Origin: Lytechinus pictus
Taxonomy: Eukaryota
DNA length: 64,000 nucleotides
Direction of reading: 5' to 3'
NCBI RefSeq assembly: GCF_037042905.1
Contig: NC_087245.1
Span: forward strand, 6,512,001 to 6,576,000
Both the position numbers and the translations under genes were made by a program. The notes under the pieces were generated by a model, which was not told the origin of the DNA, made no database searches, and worked only from the letters and a program-made list of their open reading frames with translations. Positions 29,501 through 42,300 of the stretch are shown here, in pieces (within the stretch, counting starts at the first letter, position 1; the number at the start of each line of letters is the position of its first letter).

Positions 29501-32500
29501 TGCGTATTGCATCTTCATTTTACTGAGCGCAATGAATGAAATGGTATTGTGACGTCACCTCCTAAAGCCGTGTAACGGTACATTTTGGATGGTACATCTT
29601 GTGTGCAACGGTACGATTGTTTGAGATTCAGCCGCCCATTTGCTCGCGTACAACAAGCTAAGTAGGCGTTGTACAACATCAAATCTTAACCTAAGGTTAA
29701 GTTTTTGAAATGTCATCATAACTTAGAAATAGTATAGACCAAGTTCATGAAACTTGGACATAAGGGTAATCAAGCATTATAGAACATCCTGCCTTGGTTT
29801 CAGGTCACATGACAAAGGTCATAGGTCATTTAGGGTCAATGAATTTAGACCATGTTGGGGGAATCAATATCGAAATCTTAACCCAAGGTTAAATTTTTGA
29901 AATGTCATCATAACTTAAAAAGTATATGGACCAAGTTCATGAAAATTAAAAATAAGGGTAATGAAGTATTACTGAACATTTCATCTGAGTTTCGGGTCAC
30001 ATGATCAAGGTCATAGGTCATTTAGGGTCAATGATCTTTGGGTATGTTAGGGGTATTTGTGGAATTTCCATCGTAACTTCAATTTAATATGGAGTTAGTT
30101 AATAAAACTTGGACATAAGAGTAACCCATGTACTGTATATCTGAATATCCTGTGCATGTTTCAGGCCACATGACTAAGATCAAAAGTCATTTATGGTCAA
30201 TGAACTGGGCCGTTTTGGGGGTATTTGTTGAATTGGCATCATAACACATCATATACACATGTTTCAATGTTTGTTTTATTCATTTGCAAGAGCAGTGCGC
30301 ATTTTAGCTTGCATGCAGCTTGAGCACTGCGATCAGCGAGTGCCCCAATCATTTTATTATGAAATGCACTTTTTTTTTAAACATACAGGTTTTTTTTACA
30401 GTTTTTCATTCCCAGAGGCTGGCAGGTCTGATGTAGTTCATGAAGCATAGACATAAGGGTAATCAAGTATGTTTTACACATGTCTTAGGTCACATGATCA
30501 TGGTCAGAGGTCATGTTGGGTCAATGGACATAGTATTTTATTATCATATGAGTATTTTCTTTTGTGAATAATTATTCAATAGCTGTTTTCAAAGTCAGCA
30601 CTGCTGCTATATCGAATTGTGTAATGCAGGCAAGACTGCCTGAGGCGTTCCACTTGTTTTTCTGAAGGCGGCGGCAATGTCGTCAACATTGAAATCTTAA
30701 TTAATGTTAACTTTTTTAAATGTAATCATAACTCTAAGAATTTATGCTAAAGCCAGGGTAATAATAACATCATTATGTTAAGCAGGGCAGTTTTCGGAAC
30801 TGAAGTGGCTACTCTTGGTAAAATATGACATTATTTTTATTATTGTATTATTATTATATGGGCTTATTTCATGTAACTTGGACATAAAGGTAATCAAGTG
30901 TCACACATTCTTCTTAGTTTGAGGTCACATGACCAAGGTCAAAGGGCTTACGGCCAATGAAATCTATGTTCGGATATATATATTGAAATCTTAAGCAAAG
31001 TTCTTGTCATGTCATAACTTTAAAAAAGTATATGGACCTATTTCTTGTAACCTGGACATAAGGGTAATAATGTGTCACTGATCATCTTGCACGAGCTTCA
31101 GGTCACATGTCCAAGATAAGAAGTTGTTTATCAATATCATTATTAATATTGAAATCTTAACCAAGGTTAAGTTTTTGAAAGTTTGCAAGACTGCAAGGGT
31201 TGTTTCATTTCTTATGAAATTTTCTCTATTTCTGTTGCATTGATATTGGAAGGATATATTCATTCGTGTACATATCACAATTACATTTACAAGTGTCCTG
31301 TGAAGTTATGCAGAGCAGTGGAGGACCGTGACCCGGAGGAGACCAAGCATTGGAGGGGCACAGCATTGTTCACAAACAATACAGTGCCCCTCAAATCATT
31401 GTCTCCTCCGGGTCACAGTCCGCCACTGGTGCAGAGTGTTTTTCATTTTTTTGAGGATTTCCAGACTGATGAATTTTGACAGAAATGTGCATCATGGCTC
31501 TGTATTAAACATAAAGATTTATAATTAATCATAAAATGGCAATGGATGGTCAATGAAATTATTGTTGGAGTTGCCAGAGGTTTTGGTAGCCTGCTATCTC
31601 ATGTGTACAGAATAAACAGATAATTTTTAATAATTATCTATCTACAGAAGAATGAAAACCAATTGTTGTCTTTTTATTTTAGGTGAGATTCTGTAACCTC
31701 TCTTAAAGTCAGGAACAGGCCGAATTCAGAATAATTGTCTCTATATTTTCAAAGCCATTTGTGTGAAAATTCATGTATTGATTATGAAACTGTAATGTAC
31801 TTTTATTTGTAGGGTGATTCAGGTAGCTCGCTTATGTGTCAAGAGTACAGTGGAACTTGGAGATTGGTTGGAATTACAAGCTCTAATTATGGATGTGCTG
31901 ATGCTAACAATCCTGGAGTGAACAACTTACCTGACATCTACACACGTGTGTCTAAACATTGGGACTGGGTTAACTCTGTAATAGAAGGAAGTAAGTGTTG
32001 CTGCTGTATTTTCTAAGTCTCTTCATCTAGAATTATTAAAAGGAATGTTGTTACATTTGGCTATTCTTTGGTATTATTTCAATGCATAGAATTTAGATCT
32101 TACATTTACAAACAAACTTTTATCCCATCTCTTAAAACTGATTTCAGTGCTTTAACCTTAAAATTAAACGCATTTCTTCTGATAAATCTGTAAAAAGCTG
32201 AATTCATGCCCTTCCATGACTTTTTAAAATGAGTTTTGTGCAATATTTTAGACCAAACATGCTTATTTGACAATTTGGTGATACACACCACTAGATGGAA
32301 AATAATTATACAGCCCTACGGCATTCCAACACTAATGGATCTGACATTAGAGTTTACATTTCTCATTAGAAAATATTGTTGTTTAGAAAATATTTACTAT
32401 TAATAAACAAATAGAAATTATTTTCATTTCATTTTATGATGCACTTGCCCTCTTTGTACATGTATGTATATCTTCTCTTTTGTTAAATCATCTTTTAGCA

Positions 32501-35500
32501 CCCCTTTATAGATGTGAGGACATCATTTTTCCATCGTGTACAGCAGTGTTACCATATAACAGAACCTATTCTACCAGCCAGACTCCATCTTATGAGTTTA
32601 TAATTGATAATTTGAATGAGATAGAGAACAAGACTTGTCATAGAAACCTAGAAGCCCTAATTTGCGGTAGCACTTTCAAGGAATGCCATGTAGATGGCCC
32701 TGGTAGGGTACCATGTAGACAGATGTGTGAAGAGGTATGTATTCACTCATGGTTCTTATGTCATTTCTAGAATCATTGTTAGACACCAACTATTATCCAT
32801 ATGCAATGTATAGAGGATTGCATTTTTTGTGGCAATATTTACTTTGTTTAGTAGGGGAAAAATACAATTAGTCTAGGTGTCTATTTAAATGGAGAAAAAA
32901 AGTTTAACCTTCATTGATTATCTGTCACACTTCAATGCTATTTTTAACATTTCCATCAGCAGTAGTCAGATCTGCCTCTTTGAGTAGATCATTATTTTAC
33001 CAATCATGTCTCACCAAAAAAACAATAGGGGAAGCAAATTAAAAAGACACAAATTCTTTCTTAAAAGATAATGTTTTACATGAATGTTCTATTTAAGAAA
33101 AAAAATGTTTGCCAGTGTTACCACATTGATGATATGTGTTCTGTTACATGTAGCTCAATGTTTAAATTTGTCAGACCAATGAATTCTGGGCTACATTTTA
33201 TGTAGGTTGTCAGCAGTGCATAATTTTGGTGATTAGAAGTGCTTCTCAGCCAATTACTACCCAAAGATTTCACAGACATTGTTTTGTCAGTTTTTGCAAC
33301 TAAGTTGTGTGTTACAAATGTTGATCAATATCTTCCCTATAGACTTTTCTATATGCATTGATGCCATCACACTAGAGGCTGAAGCCATTGCCTTGCTTGC
33401 AGTAGTAATCTCCAGCTGGTGCATCTCTGTTAATATGTTTATCCTTATATATGATGGAGGGTGCTATGAAATGATCACTTCATATGCATATGGTCTGTTG
33501 TTACCAGAAATTAATAGGAAGTTCATAAAAGCACCTTCCGTTCTTGACATGTTTTTTTTCTGTTTACAGGTTAAAATGGCATGTTCTGCAGAGCTTCAAG
33601 TCTTTGGATTATATTTGGACAGACTCTTACCATGTGATTTATTTCCTGCAGGACCAAGTAACGACACATTACTATGTGAATATGGTAAGAAGAATATACA
33701 CTTTACCAATGAATCCTTTCTTTTCAATATCCTTTCATTGCATCTTTTAACCCCAAAGTATTATTTTACAACAAAGACTGCTATTTCAGACAGTGTGATA
33801 TTTACTACTATAAAAAATGAAAGAAAATGGGAAGAAAGAATGGTAAAATGAATACCTGTTGCTAATATAAAAAATATATTTACCATTATGATTATTTTTT
33901 TATTATTTGAGGATCAACTTTAGACTTGGTCCATGTATTATGTATACATGAACTAAGTGGGAGTGTCTAATGTAAGTTAGATATTGGTCAAATGTCTTAT
34001 AGGTAATTAATCTATGTATTTCTGATCTGACAATGGTGGAGGCATAAATTTGGACTACACGCAGTCAAGAATCTGTCTAGCTACCAATTAAGATAAGTTT
34101 AATACAGTATATAAAGATTTGATTACTTTAGGATGCAGGTGTAGATACATTCCAATTCCTAATGATTCTTGTTTTCTCTGAAATTGACAATATTTTTTAA
34201 TTTGAAACAGAAACATCACATGTGATCTCTTTGAGGTGACCTTCATTTTATTTTGATTGATTTTTGTTTTCAAGGTGTGGACTATTCCTGTGGAAATACA
34301 AATTTGATAGTCTCAAGAACTGTGCCTGCAACAATTACTAACCCTAGCTTCCCATCATATGGAAATGACCGCCATATCTGTACATGGTTTGTATCCGTCT
34401 CCGATCCTACCAATGTCCTCCTGATAAAGTTTCTGACGGTCAACATTGACTTTATCGTAGGAACACTTCTGGTTGGAGAGGGTAGTGATAGTGCCAATTT
34501 GACTTCTGTGATATATGAAGTGAGGACTAGTAGTACACCCATCGAGACAGGACTAGGGTCAATTTGGTTGTCATACGCTTCCACATTCTCTAGTAAAGGA
34601 TTTGAATTACAGCTCTGGGCTGTCCAGTCAGGTATGCCAATAGTTTATTCTTTTTTTTTTTGCTGTTAAAAATATTTGCTTAATTTGACAATTGCTGTTT
34701 TTGTCACATGTAAAATGATTGATTGGAAGTTGTTGCACCTGACAATTATGAACTGACAGGGGTCATGTATTGAGAATGAAATCATTTTTATAAAAGTCAC
34801 TAGAATATTAATTTGGGGGGGGGGGGGTTGAACTCACCTCATTGGATTATGATACTACTTCTTTACCTGCTGAACTGTTGTGACTCCTGCTCCTGCTATA
34901 ATTGCAGTTTACTGTCTCATGTTGGAAAAAAGGTATTTTCTTATACCAAACAAAAATGATTTATCTAATGAAATCATATTTTGTCACATCTTGGAGGTAA
35001 GAGTCCACCATTTGTGTATTTATTAATGAAGAAGTAAAAATTTAATTGAACACTTGTCAAATTTTAAGCTTTGAAAATTTATAATACTATGCTGTTTAGA
35101 TCGCAGTAAATACATGTATATGTTAAATTGTTAATATTTCTTTCCTAGGTTCTACAGATTTCTGTAGCGACTCTAGTTCTGTAGCTTGTTCATTCGGTTT
35201 TAGCTGTGTACCAGAGGAATGGGTCTGTGATGGGATTGCTGATTGTGAGAGTTTTGAAGATGAGCTGAACTGTACTGGTATGTGTCAATGAAAAATTAAC
35301 ACCTTTCAACTTTCTTTTTTATACTGACTGTTAAGAAATTCTTTCTGTTCCCCTCTTTATTCAAATATTATATAATGATCAAAATTTAAGAATAATTATC
35401 TATCTTTAAAAATCAAAAGGAATTAGCATTCCCCTTAAGTATATGTTGCTGCCATCTTCTATAAAATCATGTGCATATCCACATTTTTGACCCATATATG

Positions 35501-36278
35501 CATACATGTAAGTTATATTTTTTTTTTAGTCTTTTGAAGTAAAAGTATTAAGGTAGATGCTGTATGCAGGATGATAAGAATATTCTTTTATTATTTTGTT
35601 CCTCAGTTCCTTTGAATTGTCCTGATGGTTATATGAGATGTCAGAGTAATGAGAATTGCATCCCATCATCATGGCTATGTGATGATTTCTATGACTGTCT
35701 GGATGACTCAGATGAAGCAGACTGTCCTACAAGTGAGTTTTCCTCATTTCCATTTCATTCTCATTTAAATTATATGGTGTGATGTGTTGAAGCATCATGG
35801 TGTTGCAGTTCTGACTCTGGCCTAGTGATGAGATGGTCATGTATTTGAATTCCACTAAGGCCTTAGTGTCCTTTGGCAAGGTGTCAGTCCACACTTTTCC
35901 ACTCTCCACCCAGGTGTTAAATGGGTACCTGTTAGGATGTGAAAGCCTATATAGTACGCCCATTAATTGAGTCTTGGGATTCTTGTTGAAATGCTCCCCT
36001 GGGATTGAAGAAAGAAGATGTATTGTGTGCGAGCATGCTAGGATCAGATGACATGGGTTGTAAAGTACATTTAAAGCGCTTATAGACGCGAAGTAGTTAG
36101 GGCTATATAAATATAACTATTATTATCTGAAATGCTTTGAAATTGAATCTTGTCAAACTGGTTTAAACTGTTTCAGGGACTGAGATAGCATGAGTGACAG
36201 AGTGTACATCTTCAACCTAAGAACTGGATCCTGTCTGCACTTTGCAATTGTGATGTGCGTCTAAAGCACATTAGAGAC

Positions 36279-36316
<38 letters not shown>

Positions 36317-39300
36317 GAAAGTATGGCTTTGTAGTTGCATGCACAAATGCCTTTCAATGGCCAAATACATATATTTGACCTTTGGATCAGTTTAAATCAT
36401 TGGATTCAATGAATGTCATGGAGTGTCTTGCCTCTCTATACAATCCAAGTATCTAACAGTTGATTCATATTTATTTCTACATGTATAATGCAATATTTTT
36501 TTTAAATTCTTTCTATGAAATCAGTCCAAAGCTGTCCCTCAGATGGTGTTCAAACTATTCCTGCCTCGATGCCCTTCTCCATCATGTCTGACAACTACCC
36601 TATGAACTATCCCATCAATTTTGAATGCTTATGGCTTCTCCGAGCTGATGCTAACCATTCTTTAGTCATCGACATCCTTGACTTCACATTGGAAAGTGGA
36701 TATGACTATCTCTACATTGGACTTGGTCACAATCAATCAAATGAGAACTCTGTTGTCCTTGAGCTAACTGGATCTATAACTCCAACAAGATATTATCTTG
36801 GAATGAAGTTGTATCTTCAATTTTTATCTGATTCATCTGTTTCACGATCTGGGTTCTCATTGAATGTGACATCCATTCCATTTGAATGTAAGTATGAAGA
36901 AAGTGTTGTTTACCAGTGACCCGACTTCCTATTGTAAAATTTGATATAGATAGACAAATGTATCTTGAATAATTATAAATAATTGATATATAGAAATAAA
37001 TGAATTGAATTGAAAATTGAATTGATTGAAATAGTAGTAATAATCAAAGTAGAAGTAGCAGCAGAAGAAGCTGTTTACGTATATACACATTATGTAACCT
37101 TGAGATCAGGTTTCTATCGATAATGTGCTATCTATTCCCTTTGATGGTGAGTCAAAGAAAAGTATTATGAACGCTATCCATACCTATAAATGGGTTGTTG
37201 TGAATCTGATTTTGAGAGTTTTTTTTACATCTTACCTGCAAAGATTGCCTTAAAAACCAACTCTTGCTTCCTTCATTTGACAAGAATTGATGTTGTACAA
37301 TGGATTTAGTGTCTATTCAGTTGTATCAATTTCATGCTCAAATCATTTACTGTCCATTCTTAACTTACCCCTGGAGGTGTTTCACAAAGAGTTAACCCTA
37401 AATAGACTGGGCTATTTTGATGCCTAAGAAGACGGAAGGGGGAATGATTCAGTCCCCCCTTATGATCTCGGCTGTCAATCGCGCGATCGCGATAAAAATT
37501 GGCACGCGCGATACCCATGGCATAATCTACAAAACTACAACTTAAAATTCTGCGAAAAATCTCATTGCTTATTAATTATTCTAATTTATGCGTTAAATCA
37601 AAAGTTTGCTCTAATTAACAAAATAATGCCCCTAAAATGCTAATTTTTATATGAATCCACTCTAAATGTACTTAAAAAAAATCAAAATCACATTTATTTT
37701 CTTGTATTTTATTGGTTTCTAAATTTCTTCTGGGTTTTTTTTCTCCAACTTTCTGTTTTTTAAATGAGATGAAATTAATTTATATAATCAGTAAAAGGAA
37801 AAATAATGATACATTTATGAATGTTGCTAAAAACAGTATTTGCATTGGATTTTACACAAATTCATGTTTTTGAGCAATTTTGGGTCAGCATGCACTTACA
37901 AAATGTTGCCTAATTTTGGAACCGTGTATCCGGGGCCGGCTACAATTTTGGCCTCAAAAGTTGCGCGAGACTTGAATGTAAAAAGTCTGTGAGGGATGCA
38001 GTCAAAAAAATTCGTGCAGCGGATTTGTCACGAAAAATATCAAGGGGGGAACTGATTCAGTCCCCCCCTCCGTCTTCTTAGGATTAAGTATGGCTGAGAG
38101 TCGCACTTAAATTTGCGGTTGCATGCTGTATAAAAGCCATCACCGTATTGGTCAAGTCATGCTGAGAGGATGTGTGCTACTGTGTAATAATCATGAGGCA
38201 AAACTGCAGTTGGTGGATACAAACCCCAGTTTCGAATCGTGAAAAACCAAAATCAATCCGGGCCCTGTTTAAATATTTGAACAATTTTTTCTTGACCATA
38301 ATGGGTCTGAAAAGAACTAAACCACAATTGCATACACAGTGTGACTATTTCAGAAAACTCACTCGCCAGCGCATTCAGTCATTTTTATTCTCTTTAATAG
38401 TTTCTTTATTTGCGGGTCGATTTTCTTCGTTCAAAGTTGAAAACGAATTAGCATTGGATTTCAAAATACAAAATGCCTTGAAAACTCGATTATTTATATA
38501 TTAAATACAATAATTTCATTCTGAAGGGCTTACTTCAGGCAGAGCTGCTCTTACGTAACATCACATCTGCTGTTTATCGTCTAACACTGGCTCAACGCTA
38601 AGGCTTGCCTGTGGAGGTGATATGTTACATAAGAGGGATTAAATTGGCCATTCAGGGTTGAAATATCTTGGATCCTCTAATGAGGTTTTTGTAACTGGGA
38701 TATAAAACCACGGTACAGGGCCTGAACTGCGGTCGTCTCCTCAACGAGGGTTTGACGTAATGCAATAAGATTGCATGTTACATATCATATGAAACACCCC
38801 CTGGATCGTTTTTTTATTGCTTTTTACATTTTAGGCATTTTGCAGTCTTCTAATAATTGGCCACACTACATTTTAACATTATCTATCAGTTTAACTTTTC
38901 ATAATACCAGAACAAATAGTTTAAAATGTCTCTTTCCAAAATTGTTTATTGAGTGATCCTTTCACATTTACTTCTAGTAACTGAATCTTGTGATAGAGAC
39001 CAGAGAGTTCCAATTGGATCTGAATGTGATGGAATCATAGATTGTTTTGATAATTCAGATGAACTTGGATGTGGTAAGTCTAAAATATCAACTTTAACAA
39101 TTTGCCTAAAGTATGCATGTGGGAGTGATATTGTTTTCATCAGAGTTGGGGGTCTTTGTGTCAAAGGTCTCACACATTAAATAAATGAAAGAAAATTGCC
39201 CATCTGAAATATGAAGACTTGACAATTCAAAGGTTAAAACTTTTTCTCTGATGTAGGGGTTACAAGGATCTGGTAATATTTAGCAGTCAGAAGGTCTGAA

Positions 39301-42300
39301 CTTGTAGAGGTCAATCTACACATAGATGTTTTAACAATGCCACAACTTGCTCATATTATGGACCTATTAGCAAAATAAGAAGACTTGACAATTCAAAAGT
39401 TCAAACTTGCTCTCTGATGTAGGGGTTACAAGGATCTGGTTTTATTTAGCAGTCAAAAGGTCTGAACTTGACGTATAGAATGTGTATTGCAATAGAACTT
39501 TATATACAGCAGGCAATTGTATGAAATATTCAAATTCATTGAATATCTGACCCCCAATATTCTTACTTTTTATTCCACTTCACTAACTGGACAATCTATA
39601 ATAATTTGAGAGTAATACAAGAAGACAAATCATTTCAGGATTGTCACACATATAAAAGGAATGGAGATACATACTTTATAAGTCTTTAATCATGTTTTAC
39701 TTAATTCATTTTGTTCTGTAGTATGGAAGCACTTTGAAGTTTGGGTGTTTCATGTCAATATCTGGAAATGGCAGTAGATTTTTAATTTGCTCTTTATAAA
39801 ATGTTTTTACCAAAATCTTTCACAGCATGACCATGATAAAAGTTTGTTGAACTTTTTATTTCAGTTTCAATCGATGGATCATTTATGATAGCTGGTATAT
39901 TTTCATCTGATCTGAATGACCCCTCTACAGTACTATACCAGAATACAACTTCAAGCATTATCGATGGTGTAAGTTGAACAGGATGATACATATTCTTATT
40001 TTGAGTAAAATGGAAAACATTCTAATGAAATCACAGACAGATCACTTGCTCTTAAGACATGATATTTTCTCTTTGGATACAAGTTCAATGGTCATTTAGG
40101 GGATACATTCAGTTAAATATAAGGAGCAGTATCTGCACCTTTCACTATCACATACTGTAAAGCATATTTACTGTCCAAATAATACTTTTAAATGAAATAA
40201 ATATTTTAAGTAAAATATATAATATTCTAATGAAATAACAGACAATCACTTGCTCTAAAGACAGTTGAATACTTTAGTTTATGGATATTTCAATGGTCAT
40301 TTAGGGGGTACATGCAGATATATGGAGCACGATATGGTTAGCTACATGTACCTTTCGTTACCACATGCTGTAAAGCATATTCACTGTCCAAATAATACAT
40401 TTAAATGAAATAAATATTTTAAGTTAAATAGAAAATATTATATTGAAATAACAGAAGATCACTTGCTCTAAAGACATTTGATTACTTTAGTTTATGGATA
40501 TTTCAATGGTCATTTAGGGGGTACATGCAGATATATGGAGCACAATATGGTTAGCTACATGTACCTTTCGTTACCACATGCTGTAAAGCATATTAACTGT
40601 CCAAATAATACCTTTATGTTTTGGATTTTTTTGTTTAATAATAATGGTCTCTTAATGAAAATGGATCCAATATATTTTCTACAACAGACCTTTGGTAATT
40701 TCTACGTTGTTTCTTCAAGGTGACTACTGGATAATGAATGATCTTCATATTGCATGACTGTGTACATAGTTTTGAATACGAGACTCTTTCTTTTGCATAA
40801 AAAATAATCAAGAAACTTTTTAACATCTCAGTTTTACGAGAATGGCAAGTTAAAATGTAGGCCTTCTTCTCATAGAGAGTTAGTTCTTTTTTAACCAAAC
40901 CACTTTAATTCATGTTTAGAATGCATGCCATGCTGTATAATTATTGAATTATTTAATCTTAATGCAATCTGTTCTTTTCAATGACCATTTTGTATATTAT
41001 TAGTTGAGATATTTATGTGAAGCGCATAGAGACTTTGTGTATTATGCACTATAAAAATGTAATTTTATTATTATTATTATTAATGGCAACATGTTTGGCA
41101 TTGGTTAATACTTAAATCTAGTAGGGGTTTGGATTAAACTCTGAAATAATGAAATATTTTGATTAGTTTGTGTTGAAAGCCAGTTGTCTAGAATTTTTCC
41201 ATTCCTCAATAGATTGTGTTTTCAAATTCACTGATGTTCTTTTTTGTAATCACAAGGTTGTGACTGGAATGGATATTTTCTTTAAAAATTAAGTCATTCC
41301 TAGTTGGCTTGTTATGTTATCCTTATGGTATTATTTTCCATGACAGATGGATGCTGTCTTTGAATCACTAGGACCTCTGTATTTTGGAGCAACTGTCACA
41401 GGTTTCAGGTATGTAAACTGTACTGTGGTACATTTAATAAGATACTTAATATGATGTAACCAACCCAAATTACATACATGAAAAAAATATGCTCTCTTTA
41501 TTAAGATTTTGTGCTTCTGGTTCATGGGATAAAATGATGATTTATATGAATATAACTATATCCAGAGATATTATTATTATTTTTTCAAGGAATGGAAGCA
41601 TCACTACGCACTTCCAAGTTCAACTGAATAGTTTGATAGAAAGTAATGACACCAATCCTTTGATGGCTACTCAACAACTGATCAGTGATTCTATCAAGAA
41701 TGGAGTAAAGAATGGGGTATTTGGAGACTTGCCTGTCATTAATGGATCTGTTGTTATATATCAAGGTATTCCATCTACCATTGTTAAGTATTTCTCCCCA
41801 TGGTACTGTCTGTTCATATTAAGAATATTTATGACACAATGATTTTCTTTGATTCTCTTACACTTCAATGACACTGTTCCATAACACTTTACTTCTCCTC
41901 ACAATATGTGACCTATAACATCACAAACCGAGTTGTTGTTCCTACTGTAAGACGTCCTACAATTTTTATTAGTTTAGATAATTTGCGATATGCCTAACAT
42001 GTGCTTTTATGTAGATGAAGATTAGTGAATTAGGCCTTTTTAAATAATGTCAGGTATTAAGATCAACTCCAGGTGGGCTTTTCCCAAACAAAATATAACA
42101 TTTTTTTTTTTACTTTCTATGAAATCAGACTCAAGCTGTCCCTCAGATGGTGTTCAAACTATTCCTGCCTCGATGCCTTACTACATCATTTCTGAAAACT
42201 ACCCAATGGACTATGATAATAACCTGAACTGTTTGTGGCTTCTCCAAGCTGATGCTAACCATTCTTTAGTCATTGACATCCTTGACTTCACATTGGAAAG

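Larger units (their letters stand above)
27234..29673. mobile_element. Unclassified hairpin-containing insertion that hosts the Penelope element
   Basis: Absent from other family A copies. With the Penelope element removed, 27245-27330 plus 29303-29336 form a palindrome of about 120 nt. A second inverted repeat gttgtacaacgcct / aggcgttgtacaac lies near 29360 and 29663. Confidence 0.6.
27159..30662 (+). mobile_element. HINE-like family A copy interrupted by a nested insertion of about 2.45 kb; further array fragments to about 31180
   Basis: 5' end at 27159-27233, resumes at about 29674 (caacatcaaatcttaacc), 3' end tgcctgaggcgttccacttgtttt. Confidence 0.8.

Noticed and set aside
31670..31700. 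Alternative acceptor ttttag|gtgagatt before the GDSG exon
   Set aside because: It gives no protease-like sequence in the required phase; the acceptor at 31812 yields GDSG exactly.
33279..33569. Hydrophobic N-terminal part of ORF 33279..33851 as a transmembrane exon
   Set aside because: It lies between two halves of the Frizzled domain that join cleanly at 32734/33570, so it is intronic read-through.
39794..41525. Minus-strand ORFs 39794..39991 and 41331..41525 (and duplicates) as an antisense gene
   Set aside because: They are shadows of the + strand SEA exons and recur only because of the segmental duplication.
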